Below, in pieces: positions 29,056-38,433 of a stretch of DNA of 64,000 bases. The notes under the pieces were generated by a model that saw nothing but the letters and a program-made list of their open reading frames with translations, had not been told where the DNA came from and made no database searches. This DNA is from Escherichia phage phiC120: sequence record KY703222. The stretch is one strand, 5' to 3'. The number at the start of each line of letters is the position of its first letter. Within the stretch, counting starts at the first letter, position 1. The position numbers and the translations under genes were made by a program.

Positions 29056-30875
29056 TATCCTAGCATCCAATCTTTACGGAGTTCAGGGTCGTTACCCATG
29101 AGCATTTCAAATAGTTCTTTCCAATTTTCAGGAAGTTTAACTACGTCGTACACAGGGTTTTGAATCATTTCTTTATATTCATCTCGCTGAAGTGAGCCCA
29201 ATCCCTTGATGTATCGAATACTATGCTTAGGAAGCGTATCTTTAGCTTCTTCATACTCAGCTACAGTATAAAACCATTTTTGAGATTTGCCAATTTGTGC
29301 AATAATTACAGGTGTTTTAACAAAGCGAATACGTCCTTGTTCAAACAATTCAGGCCAATTACTAAAGAAAGCAAGCAAAGCCGGATAGATACTTCCAAGA
29401 CCGTCATGATCGGCATCGGTCATAATTGCAATATTACGATAGTTCGTATTCTCTGCCTTTTCACCAAGAATAAGACCTGTGATAGCACAGATATCGAATA
29501 ACTCTTTGTTCTTCATCATATCAGCATATGACATACCCCAGCTATTCATCACCTTACCACGTAATGGGAATCCGCCGTGTAGTTCACGGTCACGAACATC
29601 AATGAGATATCCAATTGCCGAATCACCTTCTGTTAAGAACAATGTCGTATCTGCATCTTTACCGCATTGGTTAGCTTTAATATGCTTATGAACCTTAGCT
29701 TTAGTTGCCTTTTTAGCTGCTTTAGTTTCTGCAGCCTTTTCTGCTGCCAATTTACGAGCTAATGCTGCTTCAACAATAGGCATAATCAAGGATTCGTTTT
29801 TAAGAAGTGCCTGAGCAATTTTCTTAGCATCTAATTGGATATGATTACGAATATCACCATACGTTGACGTTAAACGTTCTTTAGTCTGAGAATCAAAACG
29901 CATGTTGCTCATGTCTCTAATAAACATCAACATTGTGAGGCATTCTTTAACACGAGCTTTAGTGACTTCAATACCCTTATATTTCTTTTTAATACCCGGC
30001 AAAAGATGTTCGCAGATATCATCCATTACACATTCAACATGATGACCACCATTTTTAGTATGGATGTTATTCACATAAGTTAAATGACGGAAGCCATCTG
30101 GTGATGTTGTGAATGCTATAGAGACTTTATCATTTTCTTGAATGATGTTATCTTCACCAAATTGTTTAGCAAATCGTTTAAAATTACCATCAACCTTTTT
30201 ACCATTAAATGTGAACTTGATATCAGGATAAACGACTGCCAATGTTTGAAGTCGGTCTAAAGTAATATCTAAATAAATTTGAGATAAATTATGCTCTTCA
30301 AATGAAGTGAAATCAGGAGTGAAGATTACTTTAGTGCCTTTACCTTTAGATTTCTTAGAAGACCATGATTTGTTTTCCATTCCGTTTGAACAGTTAACAG
30401 TGATTTCATTTTCGCCATCTGACGTGATGCCTGTAAACAACGTAGAGAAGATATTAGTTAAACTACTCCCGACGCCGTTCATACCACCAGTCTTGCGTTC
30501 AGAATCATCACCAAAGTTACCACCGGCCTTTGGAATAGTCCAGGCTGCTACAGGACCAGGAATTTGTTCACCTGTTTGGTCGGTAACTAAACCTTGAGGA
30601 ATACCACGTCCGTTATCTTCCACCGAAACTTGATTATTTTTAATTTGCACATCAATTTTATTTGCAAACTTAAATGATGTACGAATAGCTTCATCAACCG
30701 AGTTGTCAATAATCTCATCGATTAATTTAACCAGACCAGGAACATATTCAACTTGTTGATATTTACCAAACAAAAAACGCTCGTGGGCTTCTTTAGCAGA
30801 AGAACCAATATACATGCCACTACGTTTCTTAATATGTTCTACATCTGACAGTACCTTAATTTCATTTTTAATCAT
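29055..30875 (-). CDS. 39: DNA topoisomerase II large subunit, unsplit (T4 39 and 60 equivalents in one ORF)
   Basis: 606 aa; GyrB-like ATPase and TOPRIM motifs; no separate gene 60. Confidence 0.93.
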   Translation of the reverse strand: MIKNEIKVLSDVEHIKKRSGMYIGSSAKEAHERFLFGKYQQVEYVPGLVKLIDEIIDNSVDEAIRTSFKFANKIDVQIKNNQVSVEDNGRGIPQGLVTDQTGEQIPGPVAAWTIPKAGGNFGDDSERKTGGMNGVGSSLTNIFSTLFTGITSDGENEITVNCSNGMENKSWSSKKSKGKGTKVIFTPDFTSFEEHNLSQIYLDITLDRLQTLAVVYPDIKFTFNGKKVDGNFKRFAKQFGEDNIIQENDKVSIAFTTSPDGFRHLTYVNNIHTKNGGHHVECVMDDICEHLLPGIKKKYKGIEVTKARVKECLTMLMFIRDMSNMRFDSQTKERLTSTYGDIRNHIQLDAKKIAQALLKNESLIMPIVEAALARKLAAEKAAETKAAKKATKAKVHKHIKANQCGKDADTTLFLTEGDSAIGYLIDVRDRELHGGFPLRGKVMNSWGMSYADMMKNKELFDICAITGLILGEKAENTNYRNIAIMTDADHDGLGSIYPALLAFFSNWPELFEQGRIRFVKTPVIIAQIGKSQKWFYTVAEYEEAKDTLPKHSIRYIKGLGSLQRDEYKEMIQNPVYDVVKLPENWKELFEMLMGNDPELRKDWMLG

Positions 30876-30924
30876 GTTGTCTCCTCGTTATGAAGGTATT
30901 CTATCATCCTAAATCTAAAGCAAA

Positions 30925-30940
30925 AAGGGCCGAAGCCCTT
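30925..30940 (-). terminator. Hairpin terminator (AAGGGC-UUCG-GCCCTT then U-run)
   Basis: Overlaps stop of ORF 30939..31364. Confidence 0.55.
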
Positions 30941-31364
30941 ATTTAAATTTAATTTTCTGAAGTGCATCAATTGCAGCCAGGCGCCCTTGTTCACTTTTAA
31001 CTGTAATGACCACATCGCCTGATACGATCACCGAACCATCAACAAATTCTATAGAGCCTTTTTTGAAATCAACAGATGTATCTGGTTCCGGAACTTCTTC
31101 AAAGAATTTAAATTCTGCACCATAAAGCAGAATATCACCTTGCATACTATGAATAGTTCGGCCATAATCGCCTACGGCTTCTACAGCAATAACCGAAACA
31201 CCGTAACCAATCATCTCTTCCACAATAAAATCTTTGGACAATAAAGTAGTATGCAGATTAGTATTAAGACGTTTACCAGTCGTATTAAGAATTCTCAAGA
31301 AATTATCTTCCTGTCCTTTGATAATACGATATTTCTTACCAACTTCAAAACCTTTAAAAGCCAT
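30939..31364 (-). CDS. Hypothetical protein (141 aa; T4 39.1/goF region)
   Basis: ORF track; synteny only. Confidence 0.4.
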   Translation of the reverse strand: MAFKGFEVGKKYRIIKGQEDNFLRILNTTGKRLNTNLHTTLLSKDFIVEEMIGYGVSVIAVEAVGDYGRTIHSMQGDILLYGAEFKFFEEVPEPDTSVDFKKGSIEFVDGSVIVSGDVVITVKSEQGRLAAIDALQKIKFK

Positions 31365-31366
31365 AA

Positions 31367-31546
31367 TTAACCCTTCTTAAGTAAGTCGTAAAAACCACCG
31401 TTCACATGTTTAGGAGCAGAAACCCGACGAGTAGACAGACGATGACATTCAGGGCAAACATCGTTTTCTCGTTCAGAAATCCTTTTAATTTTTTCATATT
31501 CATGGCCACAATCTTCAGATTGACATTTATAGTCGTATAACGGCAT
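31367..31546 (-). CDS. Small zinc-ribbon protein (59 aa, C-x4-C ... C-x2-C)
   Basis: Own translation [41 protein letters not shown]...; TAATG overlap with upstream gene. Confidence 0.45.
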   Translation of the reverse strand: MPLYDYKCQSEDCGHEYEKIKRISERENDVCPECHRLSTRRVSAPKHVNGGFYDLLKKG

Positions 31547-31959
31547 TATTGTTCCTTAAAATGTGCTTTCAACATTTGATACAAAGACCATGCCTGGTCA
31601 TTATTTTCGATAGTAATCGTCATCACAGGAAATTCAGACAATTCGTCAAGTTCACCAGAATCTTGCTCTTCGGACGCTTGATACGGATTTCCAACTTCAT
31701 CAAAAAACTCTGCTTCACTAGTAGAGAGCCAGATAAAGTTTTCATCAAGAATATCACCACCAGTTGCGTATCCAACCATGCCAGTAGATGTCACAATTTT
31801 AGTAGGTCGTCCAAGATGGTCAACATCTAATACTTTAAATGGTTCCATGCCAAGACGTCGTGCATAAATCCCATTATCAGTGTGGTTTTTAATAAACTCT
31901 TCTTGGGCACGTTTATCTTTAAATTGGTACCATGAGTTAACGCGGAATTTATTAGCCAT
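31546..31959 (-). CDS. Hypothetical protein (137 aa from ATG 31959)
   Basis: ORF track start at 31977 is TTG; ATG at 31959 overlaps the upstream stop (TAATG). Confidence 0.45.
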   Translation of the reverse strand: MANKFRVNSWYQFKDKRAQEEFIKNHTDNGIYARRLGMEPFKVLDVDHLGRPTKIVTSTGMVGYATGGDILDENFIWLSTSEAEFFDEVGNPYQASEEQDSGELDELSEFPVMTITIENNDQAWSLYQMLKAHFKEQ

Positions 31960-32186
31960 TAGTAAGTTTCCTTCCAATAAGTTGTACCATTTTCAGTGAT
32001 TTCACGGAAGATACCATAGATAGGCATTTCATCACCGAGTTTTTCGTAAACGTAAACCACTTCAGTGTAGCATAAAAATTCAGTCCAGTTTTTCTGTACA
32101 ACAACTAAATCAGGATTAAACAGAACATCTTCAAACTCATCGATGTTTGAATCAGTAGTTACGTTTTTAATGATTTGACGTTTCAT
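31959..32186 (-). CDS. Hypothetical protein (75 aa from ATG 32186)
   Basis: Internal ATG preceded by GAGGAG RBS; the longer ORF-track form would span the promoter. Confidence 0.4.
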   Translation of the reverse strand: MKRQIIKNVTTDSNIDEFEDVLFNPDLVVVQKNWTEFLCYTEVVYVYEKLGDEMPIYGIFREITENGTTYWKETY

Positions 32187-32214
32187 AATATTCTCCTCTT
32201 GTTTTGATAGATCT

Positions 32215-32243
32215 ATAGTATCATAGACCATAGTTGTTGTACA
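32215..32243 (-). promoter_or_regulatory. Early promoter variant (TGTACA-17-TACTAT)
   Basis: Minus strand GTACAAcaactatggtctatgaTACTAT. Confidence 0.35.
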
Positions 32244-32768
32244 TCATTTTAGCAAAATAAAATCAACTTGTTCTGCCAATGAACGTCTAAACATTAATTG
32301 ACAACTTCCGAGGATGAAATCAGGTGCTTCATAGACCGCGATGTAGTATCCTTTAGCTTTCAAGAGTTCAACATCCACCTGGTCATCAAACCATGCATAA
32401 ACCGCGTCAACACTTTCAAATCCAAAATAGAACCCTTGAGCCCAATCTTCACTCAATTCAAATGTGTGCTCAATTCTATAGTATCTTAAGATATTTTGTT
32501 CAAGGAGTTTGTCTTCATTTACAGTAGGACGATTAGGGACATTATAGTTGTCGCCGTGATGGTAGAAGTTACCTGAGATTATTCCATGTTTATCAAGGAA
32601 CTCCCATGTTTCTTCAGAGTTGTCGGTGCCCGACCAACCGTATGGCGAACGAGGTTCTTTATTCCAAGAGGTTTCCCAAATTCTGACGGCTTTACCGTCT
32701 TCGATAGCAATTCCCGGTAATGATTCACGTTGAGTACAAAAACTACGTTCTACGCGGTAAACTAACAT
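32244..32768 (-). CDS. Hypothetical protein (174 aa)
   Basis: ORF track; GAGGAG RBS inside the inverted repeat. Confidence 0.45.
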   Translation of the reverse strand: MLVYRVERSFCTQRESLPGIAIEDGKAVRIWETSWNKEPRSPYGWSGTDNSEETWEFLDKHGIISGNFYHHGDNYNVPNRPTVNEDKLLEQNILRYYRIEHTFELSEDWAQGFYFGFESVDAVYAWFDDQVDVELLKAKGYYIAVYEAPDFILGSCQLMFRRSLAEQVDFILLK

Positions 32769-32772
32769 ATTA

Positions 32773-32817
32773 TTCTCCTCTGGTTGATATGGTTATAATA
32801 TCAAAACCAGAGGAGAA
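32773..32817 (-). repeat. Perfect 13-bp inverted repeat (TTCTCCTCTGGTT / AACCAGAGGAGAA) spanning the -10 of the early promoter; one arm contains the RBS of ORF 32244..32768
   Basis: Read directly. Confidence 0.7.
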
Positions 32818-32823
32818 GTAAAC
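32795..32823 (-). promoter_or_regulatory. Sigma70-type early promoter (GTTTAC-17-TATTAT)
   Basis: Minus strand GTTTACttctcctctggttttgaTATTAT. Confidence 0.45.
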
Positions 32824-32827
32824 AACT

Positions 32828-33247
32828 TTATGCGAAAGCAGCTGGGCTATATTTTTTAATTTGGAATTCAGGAACTACCATGAACTGTCCAGCGAAAACG
32901 ATGTTATAAAGCTTAACACCATCTTCTACCCAACGGTCGCTAATAAAACCAGCAATTTGCTTAGTTTTCCATGGCGTTCCATCAGTTGCCGCAGCAATAG
33001 TGAATTCATGGTCTTTTTCAACAGAAACTGATCTGCATAGTCCCCATTTGAACGCTTTTTCTTCTGGTTCAATGAATTGGCTTGAGACGTAGCCAATGTT
33101 GCCATCAGCATCACGAACTTTAACTTGATGTGGACTAAAGAGTCCACAACTTACAGAAAGAACTTCAACCAACTTCCCAGCAACTTTAGAGCGAGAAGCA
33201 ACAGGTACATATACGTAATCACCTGTAGAGAGATTTGCAATATTCAT
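32828..33247 (-). CDS. Hypothetical protein, tandem paralog 1 of 3 (139 aa)
   Basis: Shares SRSK(V/A)AGKLVEV and GFISD(R/Q)WVEDG(V/K)KLYNIVF motifs with the next ORF. Confidence 0.5.
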   Translation of the reverse strand: MNIANLSTGDYVYVPVASRSKVAGKLVEVLSVSCGLFSPHQVKVRDADGNIGYVSSQFIEPEEKAFKWGLCRSVSVEKDHEFTIAAATDGTPWKTKQIAGFISDRWVEDGVKLYNIVFAGQFMVVPEFQIKKYSPAAFA

Positions 33248-33256
33248 AATAATTCC

Positions 33257-33742
33257 TTAAGCTTTACGAGGAGACACATAGCGAGTGATTTCAGATTCTT
33301 CAACAACTCGGAAGTCACCTAAGAATACAATATTGTATAGCTTTTTACCATCTTCAACCCATTGGTCACTAATGAAGCCACACATAGTATCAGTTTTGCT
33401 TGGATAACCGTATTCATCGATGAAGTCAAATTCTTTATCAGTCTGGAATTCAACGCCTTTGCAAAGGGCCCATTTGAACTGTACATTATGCTCTGTGGAT
33501 TCAACTTTTTCTCTTGAAGCAAAAGCACTACTCACAGGCATTTCCAAGAACTTTGCACGAACATAAGCAAATTTGGTTTCCTGTGTCCCAAAACTAGGAA
33601 TAATACGAACTTTTACCTCAGAATCTTCATCTTTAACGCCTTCTTTAAGTTGAATACTTACAACTTCGACCAATTTTCCTGCGGCTTTAGAACGAGATTT
33701 GTTAGATACGCGAAAGATTTCACCAATAATACCAAGATTCAT
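33257..33742 (-). CDS. Hypothetical protein, tandem paralog 2 of 3 (161 aa from ATG 33742)
   Basis: Paralog alignment puts the start at MNLGII (ATG 33742); the ORF-track extension covers a promoter-like region. Confidence 0.5.
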   Translation of the reverse strand: MNLGIIGEIFRVSNKSRSKAAGKLVEVVSIQLKEGVKDEDSEVKVRIIPSFGTQETKFAYVRAKFLEMPVSSAFASREKVESTEHNVQFKWALCKGVEFQTDKEFDFIDEYGYPSKTDTMCGFISDQWVEDGKKLYNIVFLGDFRVVEESEITRYVSPRKA

Positions 33743-33772
33743 AATTTCTCTCTCTTTGTTTAAATTGAATTC

Positions 33773-33801
33773 ACTATACTCCATCCATCCTTGGATGTAC
33801 A
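33773..33801 (-). promoter_or_regulatory. Early promoter variant (TGTACA-17-TATAGT)
   Basis: Minus strand TGTACAtccaaggatggatggagTATAGT upstream of paralog 2. Confidence 0.35.
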
Positions 33802-33804
33802 ACA

Positions 33805-34299
33805 TTAATTAAGGATATTAACCACAGCACTACGTGGAACTACACTAAAATCACCTGCATGAACAACGTTCAGAAGTTCAACACCGTCTTCAATCCACTG
33901 GTCAGTTACCCATCCATTTACTGGACCTGTGAACGGGCGTCGAATTGAAACATATTTACACAGCAAATCAGTAGGCTCAATAGGCTTAATCAGAGTACCG
34001 TACATACAAGCGATATCCATATCAATACAGATGTCTTTAACGGGTTCTACTTCTTCAATCAACAGTTCAAAGTCTGTGCTTGGAAGGGCGGTAGTAGAAA
34101 TTGTACCATATGAATTTTTAATTTCTAAGAATAACCAAGGGCCTTCAGCTTGTTTGATGAAGTTAACAATAGTGAAACTATTGCCTTGAGTGGCACCTAA
34201 AATTTCACAAAACTTTTCGTAAGCTCGCACTGAAGCACTGTACCAGTTGATTTGTTTTTCGTCTTTCAGGATGTAAGTAGCCGTAGTATTGATATTCAT
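33805..34299 (-). CDS. Hypothetical protein, tandem paralog 3 of 3 (164 aa)
   Basis: C-terminal VTDQWIEDGVELLNVVHAGDFSVVP matches the paralog motif. Confidence 0.5.
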   Translation of the reverse strand: MNINTTATYILKDEKQINWYSASVRAYEKFCEILGATQGNSFTIVNFIKQAEGPWLFLEIKNSYGTISTTALPSTDFELLIEEVEPVKDICIDMDIACMYGTLIKPIEPTDLLCKYVSIRRPFTGPVNGWVTDQWIEDGVELLNVVHAGDFSVVPRSAVVNILN

Positions 34300-34330
34300 A
34301 ATGTTTTTCCTGTTTGGTTAAGATAGAAAG

Positions 34331-34360
34331 ATTATACTCCAACCATCCTTGGTTGTAAAC
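34331..34360 (-). promoter_or_regulatory. Sigma70-type early promoter (GTTTAC-18-TATAAT)
   Basis: Minus strand GTTTACaaccaaggatggttggagTATAAT. Confidence 0.45.
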
Positions 34361-34365
34361 TGATT

Positions 34366-35043
34366 TTATCGCTGTTTTACACTTAACGGGTCAGGATTCT
34401 CAGGGACATCTTCAAGGCCAAGCGCATAACGCTGAGCATATTTTAACATCAAAATATCTTTAGCACAATCATGAACACTATCATGGGCAACGAATCCTTT
34501 TAGCGTACCCATTGGTAACGGACACATACTTAATCCTCGCGTCAACAAGTAAGCTTCGATTGCCGTACGAATATCGCGTTGAGCCCAGAATTTAACCGGT
34601 TCTAATTTATCAGTATCAATCTCTGGTTCAAGAACACCTTCATCACGATAGAGATCACGAATCAAATCGACCAAGATCGGGAAGTCAAAGCTCATACCAC
34701 GGCACCACATTTGCGATTTCCATTGGTCAACTTTATTAGCTCGACAATAATCTAAAAAGATTTTAATGCCTTCAAGCGTAGTGACATCGTCTTCAGACGG
34801 AGCCAGGTTTTTACGTGCTTCTGCTGATTGTTCTTTCCACCATTTCATAGTGGATTTAGCGAAAACTCGCTTCCCTTTTTGAGAAGCTAAATTAAATTTA
34901 ATTCGCTTACCTCGTTGAACAAGTTCTTCAAATGATTCAACAACTTCAGGGTCGGAATTATATGCAATAACCGCCAGGTCAATAACAGCCGCTTTTGATG
35001 TATTGCCGAATGTTTCAAAATCTATAATAACATCAGTGCTCAT
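34366..35043 (-). CDS. dexA: Exonuclease A (DEDD family)
   Basis: 225 aa (T4 227); N-terminal IIDFETFG motif; synteny before dda. Confidence 0.8.
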   Translation of the reverse strand: MSTDVIIDFETFGNTSKAAVIDLAVIAYNSDPEVVESFEELVQRGKRIKFNLASQKGKRVFAKSTMKWWKEQSAEARKNLAPSEDDVTTLEGIKIFLDYCRANKVDQWKSQMWCRGMSFDFPILVDLIRDLYRDEGVLEPEIDTDKLEPVKFWAQRDIRTAIEAYLLTRGLSMCPLPMGTLKGFVAHDSVHDCAKDILMLKYAQRYALGLEDVPENPDPLSVKQR

Positions 35044-35052
35044 AATTTTCTC

Positions 35053-36366
35053 TCAAATAAAATGGACGTCAAAACGACCACGAGTTGTGCCGACATACAA
35101 TAGTTGTTTAGCTAATTCTGAATCGGCATAATGGATGCACGGTGTATAAACAAAGGCCGTGTCAACAGACATACCCTGGGCCTTATGGAAGGTTGATACT
35201 GGTAGTGCCTTCACCTTAGTGAACATACGTTTAGCATCCCAGAATTCACTCCATGGAGCTTTACCACCTTTATTCCAGAATTTGTATGTTTCTGCAGTCT
35301 TAGCCAAAAACAAATTGAATTTATAAAGCTCTTCTTCGGAAGAAATAACCTTTATATCCTCGCGGACGTATTCTTCATCATCCCCATATGTTTCTACTGT
35401 AAGATTCCAGTATCGTATCATATATTCGCCTGAAACACCACGTGCTTTAACGAATGTAGACGTTTCTACAGCATCTCGAATACGAACGAATTGCCCGTTA
35501 TTGAAAAGCATTTCAGTCATATTTTTGCCATCTAGCTTGTATGTCTTAGTAAATGGCTCTTGTAGAACAATGACTTCGTCTTTAATAAATGGCTTTTCTG
35601 TTTCAAGAAGTTTTCGGCGAATAATTGAATTTAACTTGTCCACCGACTTATTTGTGAATGCCATCATTCGATTTTCGAAAAGGTCTTCAGGAGTTTTAAC
35701 GACATTAAAATAGTTCATCATATACGATTTAAGGTCTGTATATCCATGAACACCGTGCCCATCAACTACTTTATCGTAAATCCATTTGCCGTTACGAATA
35801 TCAGTCGCAACATCAATAATTGGCGCATTGCTACGTTTAACTTCTGTAAGGTTGCATTGCACGAAGTCTTTGTGTGTGAAGAAAGGACTTAGATACGCAG
35901 TGGATTCGCCTGGGTCTACCGGTCGAATCTGACATCGGTCGCCAATTCCAATTACTGTACACCATTTAGGGATACTAGCTAACATTATTTTAAACAGAGG
36001 ACGGTCGCACATTGACGCTTCATCAAATAACAGTACACGACACAAGGCTAAGTCGGGAACCTTTTTCTGTTCAAACAATACGTTTTCTTCGTATGTAGTT
36101 GGGTTGATTTTAAGAATGCTATGAATAGTCGATGCTTCTTGACCTGCAAGTTTGCTTAGAACCTTTTTAGCAGCATGTGTAGGGGCTGCTAAAATAATAC
36201 CTGATTCTCCAGAAGAAATAAGGGCTTCAACGATGAATCTAGTAAGGGTTGTTTTACCTGTACCAGCAGGTCCATTAATAGTTACGTGATGTTTCTTTTC
36301 TTTAATAGCTTTCATAACAACGTTGAAGGCGTTTTTCTGGCCTTCGGTCAAATCATCAAATGTCAT
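35053..36366 (-). CDS. dda: DNA helicase Dda (SF1B)
   Basis: 437 aa (T4 439); near-identical to T4 Dda as recalled, Walker A GPAGTGKT. Confidence 0.93.
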   Translation of the reverse strand: MTFDDLTEGQKNAFNVVMKAIKEKKHHVTINGPAGTGKTTLTRFIVEALISSGESGIILAAPTHAAKKVLSKLAGQEASTIHSILKINPTTYEENVLFEQKKVPDLALCRVLLFDEASMCDRPLFKIMLASIPKWCTVIGIGDRCQIRPVDPGESTAYLSPFFTHKDFVQCNLTEVKRSNAPIIDVATDIRNGKWIYDKVVDGHGVHGYTDLKSYMMNYFNVVKTPEDLFENRMMAFTNKSVDKLNSIIRRKLLETEKPFIKDEVIVLQEPFTKTYKLDGKNMTEMLFNNGQFVRIRDAVETSTFVKARGVSGEYMIRYWNLTVETYGDDEEYVREDIKVISSEEELYKFNLFLAKTAETYKFWNKGGKAPWSEFWDAKRMFTKVKALPVSTFHKAQGMSVDTAFVYTPCIHYADSELAKQLLYVGTTRGRFDVHFI

Positions 36367-36674
36367 CGTAAAGTCCCTGCAATTGGAATACTAACAATAC
36401 GGCCAGTATCTAGAATTCGTTGATACAATCTTTGCGTCTCCGCATCTAGTTTAACGTGTTTCATTTCAAGCTTATTAAACCAGAACTTACGCGGAGTTTC
36501 GACCATTCTTAGAACTCCCATTTTTAAATCGGTTTTATACTGTGTTTTCAAAGTATCGAAAACTTTATCTGCAATATCCTTTCTAAAAAATACTGCAGGA
36601 CGATATTCATCAAGAGGAACAGGGACAGTAAATCCTTCCATATCTCGATAAACTATTGCATATACATAAACCAT
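36363..36674 (-). CDS. Hypothetical protein (103 aa, dda.1 position)
   Basis: ORF track; ATGA overlap with dda. Confidence 0.45.
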   Translation of the reverse strand: MVYVYAIVYRDMEGFTVPVPLDEYRPAVFFRKDIADKVFDTLKTQYKTDLKMGVLRMVETPRKFWFNKLEMKHVKLDAETQRLYQRILDTGRIVSIPIAGTLR

Positions 36675-36676
36675 AA

Positions 36677-37423
36677 TTAACCTTTAATCAGTTGGAATAA
36701 TGATGCGCTAAGTGGTAAGCCACGTTTCAATTTTAATTTACCAATGAAACCAATCTTTTCAAAACGTTGCAAACCTTGGATAACTTTATCATATGTATCG
36801 AAAAGCGATTCAGCGTCAGTTAATTTAGTTTTAGTTTTCCAGTCAGAGCCTTTAAGAAGAACGTTGAGTTTAGTAAGTTCATGTCCTTCTGCTTGATGTG
36901 AGCCATTAATGCGTGCTTTCAAAGCAACAATTCTAAGTTTAGACTCGTTGGATAAAGGTTGATTTTTCATCATGTTCGCCATATGCTTAACACGATTTTC
37001 ACGTTTTGCTCGGATTTTTAAAATAGTACCATAAACCTTTTTAATTTGGGCCCATTTCTTCTCGTCGAGATTAAGTTTCTCTGCTTTACGGACAGAAGGA
37101 TTAGCGATACGTCTTGCAATGGCATCACGTTTCTCAATAAGTTCTTCTAATGTTAAATCAGAACGAGCCGTGTTATATTTTTTCTTAACTGGGATAACAT
37201 TACCTTTTATGTAGCCTATATCATTATTAAAACGTTCTAAGGATAATTTCTCACCTTCAACAGAGTTATTGAAAGATTCACCTGAGTAAGCGCAGACCTT
37301 TTGATCAAGAATGTTTTTAAGGTAATTAAAGTCTAAGTTAAAATCCTTAGAGCGTCTCTTCGCAGAAGCTCTGGTGTGGTCAAGACGACGATTGATTTTG
37401 TTAATTTTATTATTTGATAACAT
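36677..37423 (-). CDS. Hypothetical protein (248 aa), Srd-like by position and size
   Basis: Synteny with T4 dda-srd-modA; sequence match not verified. Confidence 0.4.
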   Translation of the reverse strand: MLSNNKINKINRRLDHTRASAKRRSKDFNLDFNYLKNILDQKVCAYSGESFNNSVEGEKLSLERFNNDIGYIKGNVIPVKKKYNTARSDLTLEELIEKRDAIARRIANPSVRKAEKLNLDEKKWAQIKKVYGTILKIRAKRENRVKHMANMMKNQPLSNESKLRIVALKARINGSHQAEGHELTKLNVLLKGSDWKTKTKLTDAESLFDTYDKVIQGLQRFEKIGFIGKLKLKRGLPLSASLFQLIKG

Positions 37424-37576
37424 AATATTTTCCTCTGTCTTACGGACGTTAAGGTCATTTAGCTGATAATCTTATAATATCATGCCCTCAGGTAGTGTAC
37501 ACTCCTTTTTCATAAAATGCTTTAATTTTTTATGTGTTATAATGGTTCTGAGTTCCATCCGGTTATTCCAATCCAG

Positions 37577-38185
37577 TCAGTAACTGACAATAGTCAGATT
37601 CCAGATTGTATAATTTCCGTCTTGAATAATAGAATCTACACGCAGTGTAGTCCCTATAGGGAGCATAAATTCACATTCATCAGATATAAGTCTAGCATTA
37701 GACCGTCTTGTCGCTTCAGGGAAAGCTCCATTGAACTCACAAGATGGCGCAGCCAGAATCATGTTAAGCATATGTTCACGGAAGTTGAAAGCAAACGGTG
37801 CATCTTTGATGCAGAACATATTAAATGTTCCATAAAAATTATATGAAGCGAAGTTACGTGCTACACTGAACACTGGGCTGAAGCTCATTACTCTATCAAA
37901 TTTAATAATACTACCAACATCTTTATCATCGAGTGTGGCCATAGTTTTCTTAGAGATTCCACGATACATTGTCTCAGGAACTGAAGACGACCAATTTCTA
38001 CGAACAATTGCACTTAAATCTTGTTGGATGCTATCAGGCTTGTTTTCCATACACTGCCACAGTACACTTTGTTCGATGTCACTGAATTGCTCATCGATTT
38101 TGTACTGAAGCATATCTTGATAATCTGGACATTGAGCACGTCGAACCATTTCCTCAATTTCACATTCATTATACGGCATAAACAT
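37577..38185 (-). CDS. ADP-ribosyltransferase (ModA/ModB-like)
   Basis: 202 aa; R (YRGIS), S-x-S (SFSP) and E-x-E (DECEF) triad typical of ADP-ribosyltransferases; T4 modA/modB neighbourhood. Confidence 0.6.
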   Translation of the reverse strand: MFMPYNECEIEEMVRRAQCPDYQDMLQYKIDEQFSDIEQSVLWQCMENKPDSIQQDLSAIVRRNWSSSVPETMYRGISKKTMATLDDKDVGSIIKFDRVMSFSPVFSVARNFASYNFYGTFNMFCIKDAPFAFNFREHMLNMILAAPSCEFNGAFPEATRRSNARLISDECEFMLPIGTTLRVDSIIQDGNYTIWNLTIVSY

Positions 38186-38242
38186 TTAGATTTCTCCTGT
38201 GGTTGATAAAAGTATAGTATCATCGTCGGTAGAGTTTGTACA

Positions 38243-38377
38243 CTAAAAATTCAACATTTTCAAATGAATGATTTTGTATAATCGAGATAAAGGGATATAT
38301 TCTAAGTCTTCAATTTCCACAATCTCAAATCTAGAGATACCCGAGACCATGTACTCTTGTTCAGATTGACATGTCAT
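38243..38377 (-). CDS. Small ORF (44 aa)
   Basis: Own translation MTCQSEQEYMVSGISRFEIVEIEDLEYIPLSRLYKIIHLKMLNF; GGAGG RBS 7 nt upstream; early promoter just upstream. Confidence 0.35.
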   Translation of the reverse strand: MTCQSEQEYMVSGISRFEIVEIEDLEYIPLSRLYKIIHLKMLNF

Positions 38378-38404
38378 GATAGACCTCCATTTAAAGATAA
38401 GCCT

Positions 38405-38433
38405 ATCATAACACGAGAGGAGGGAATGTAAAC
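38405..38433 (-). promoter_or_regulatory. Sigma70-type early promoter (GTTTAC-17-TATGAT)
   Basis: Minus strand GTTTACattccctcctctcgtgtTATGAT. Confidence 0.45.
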
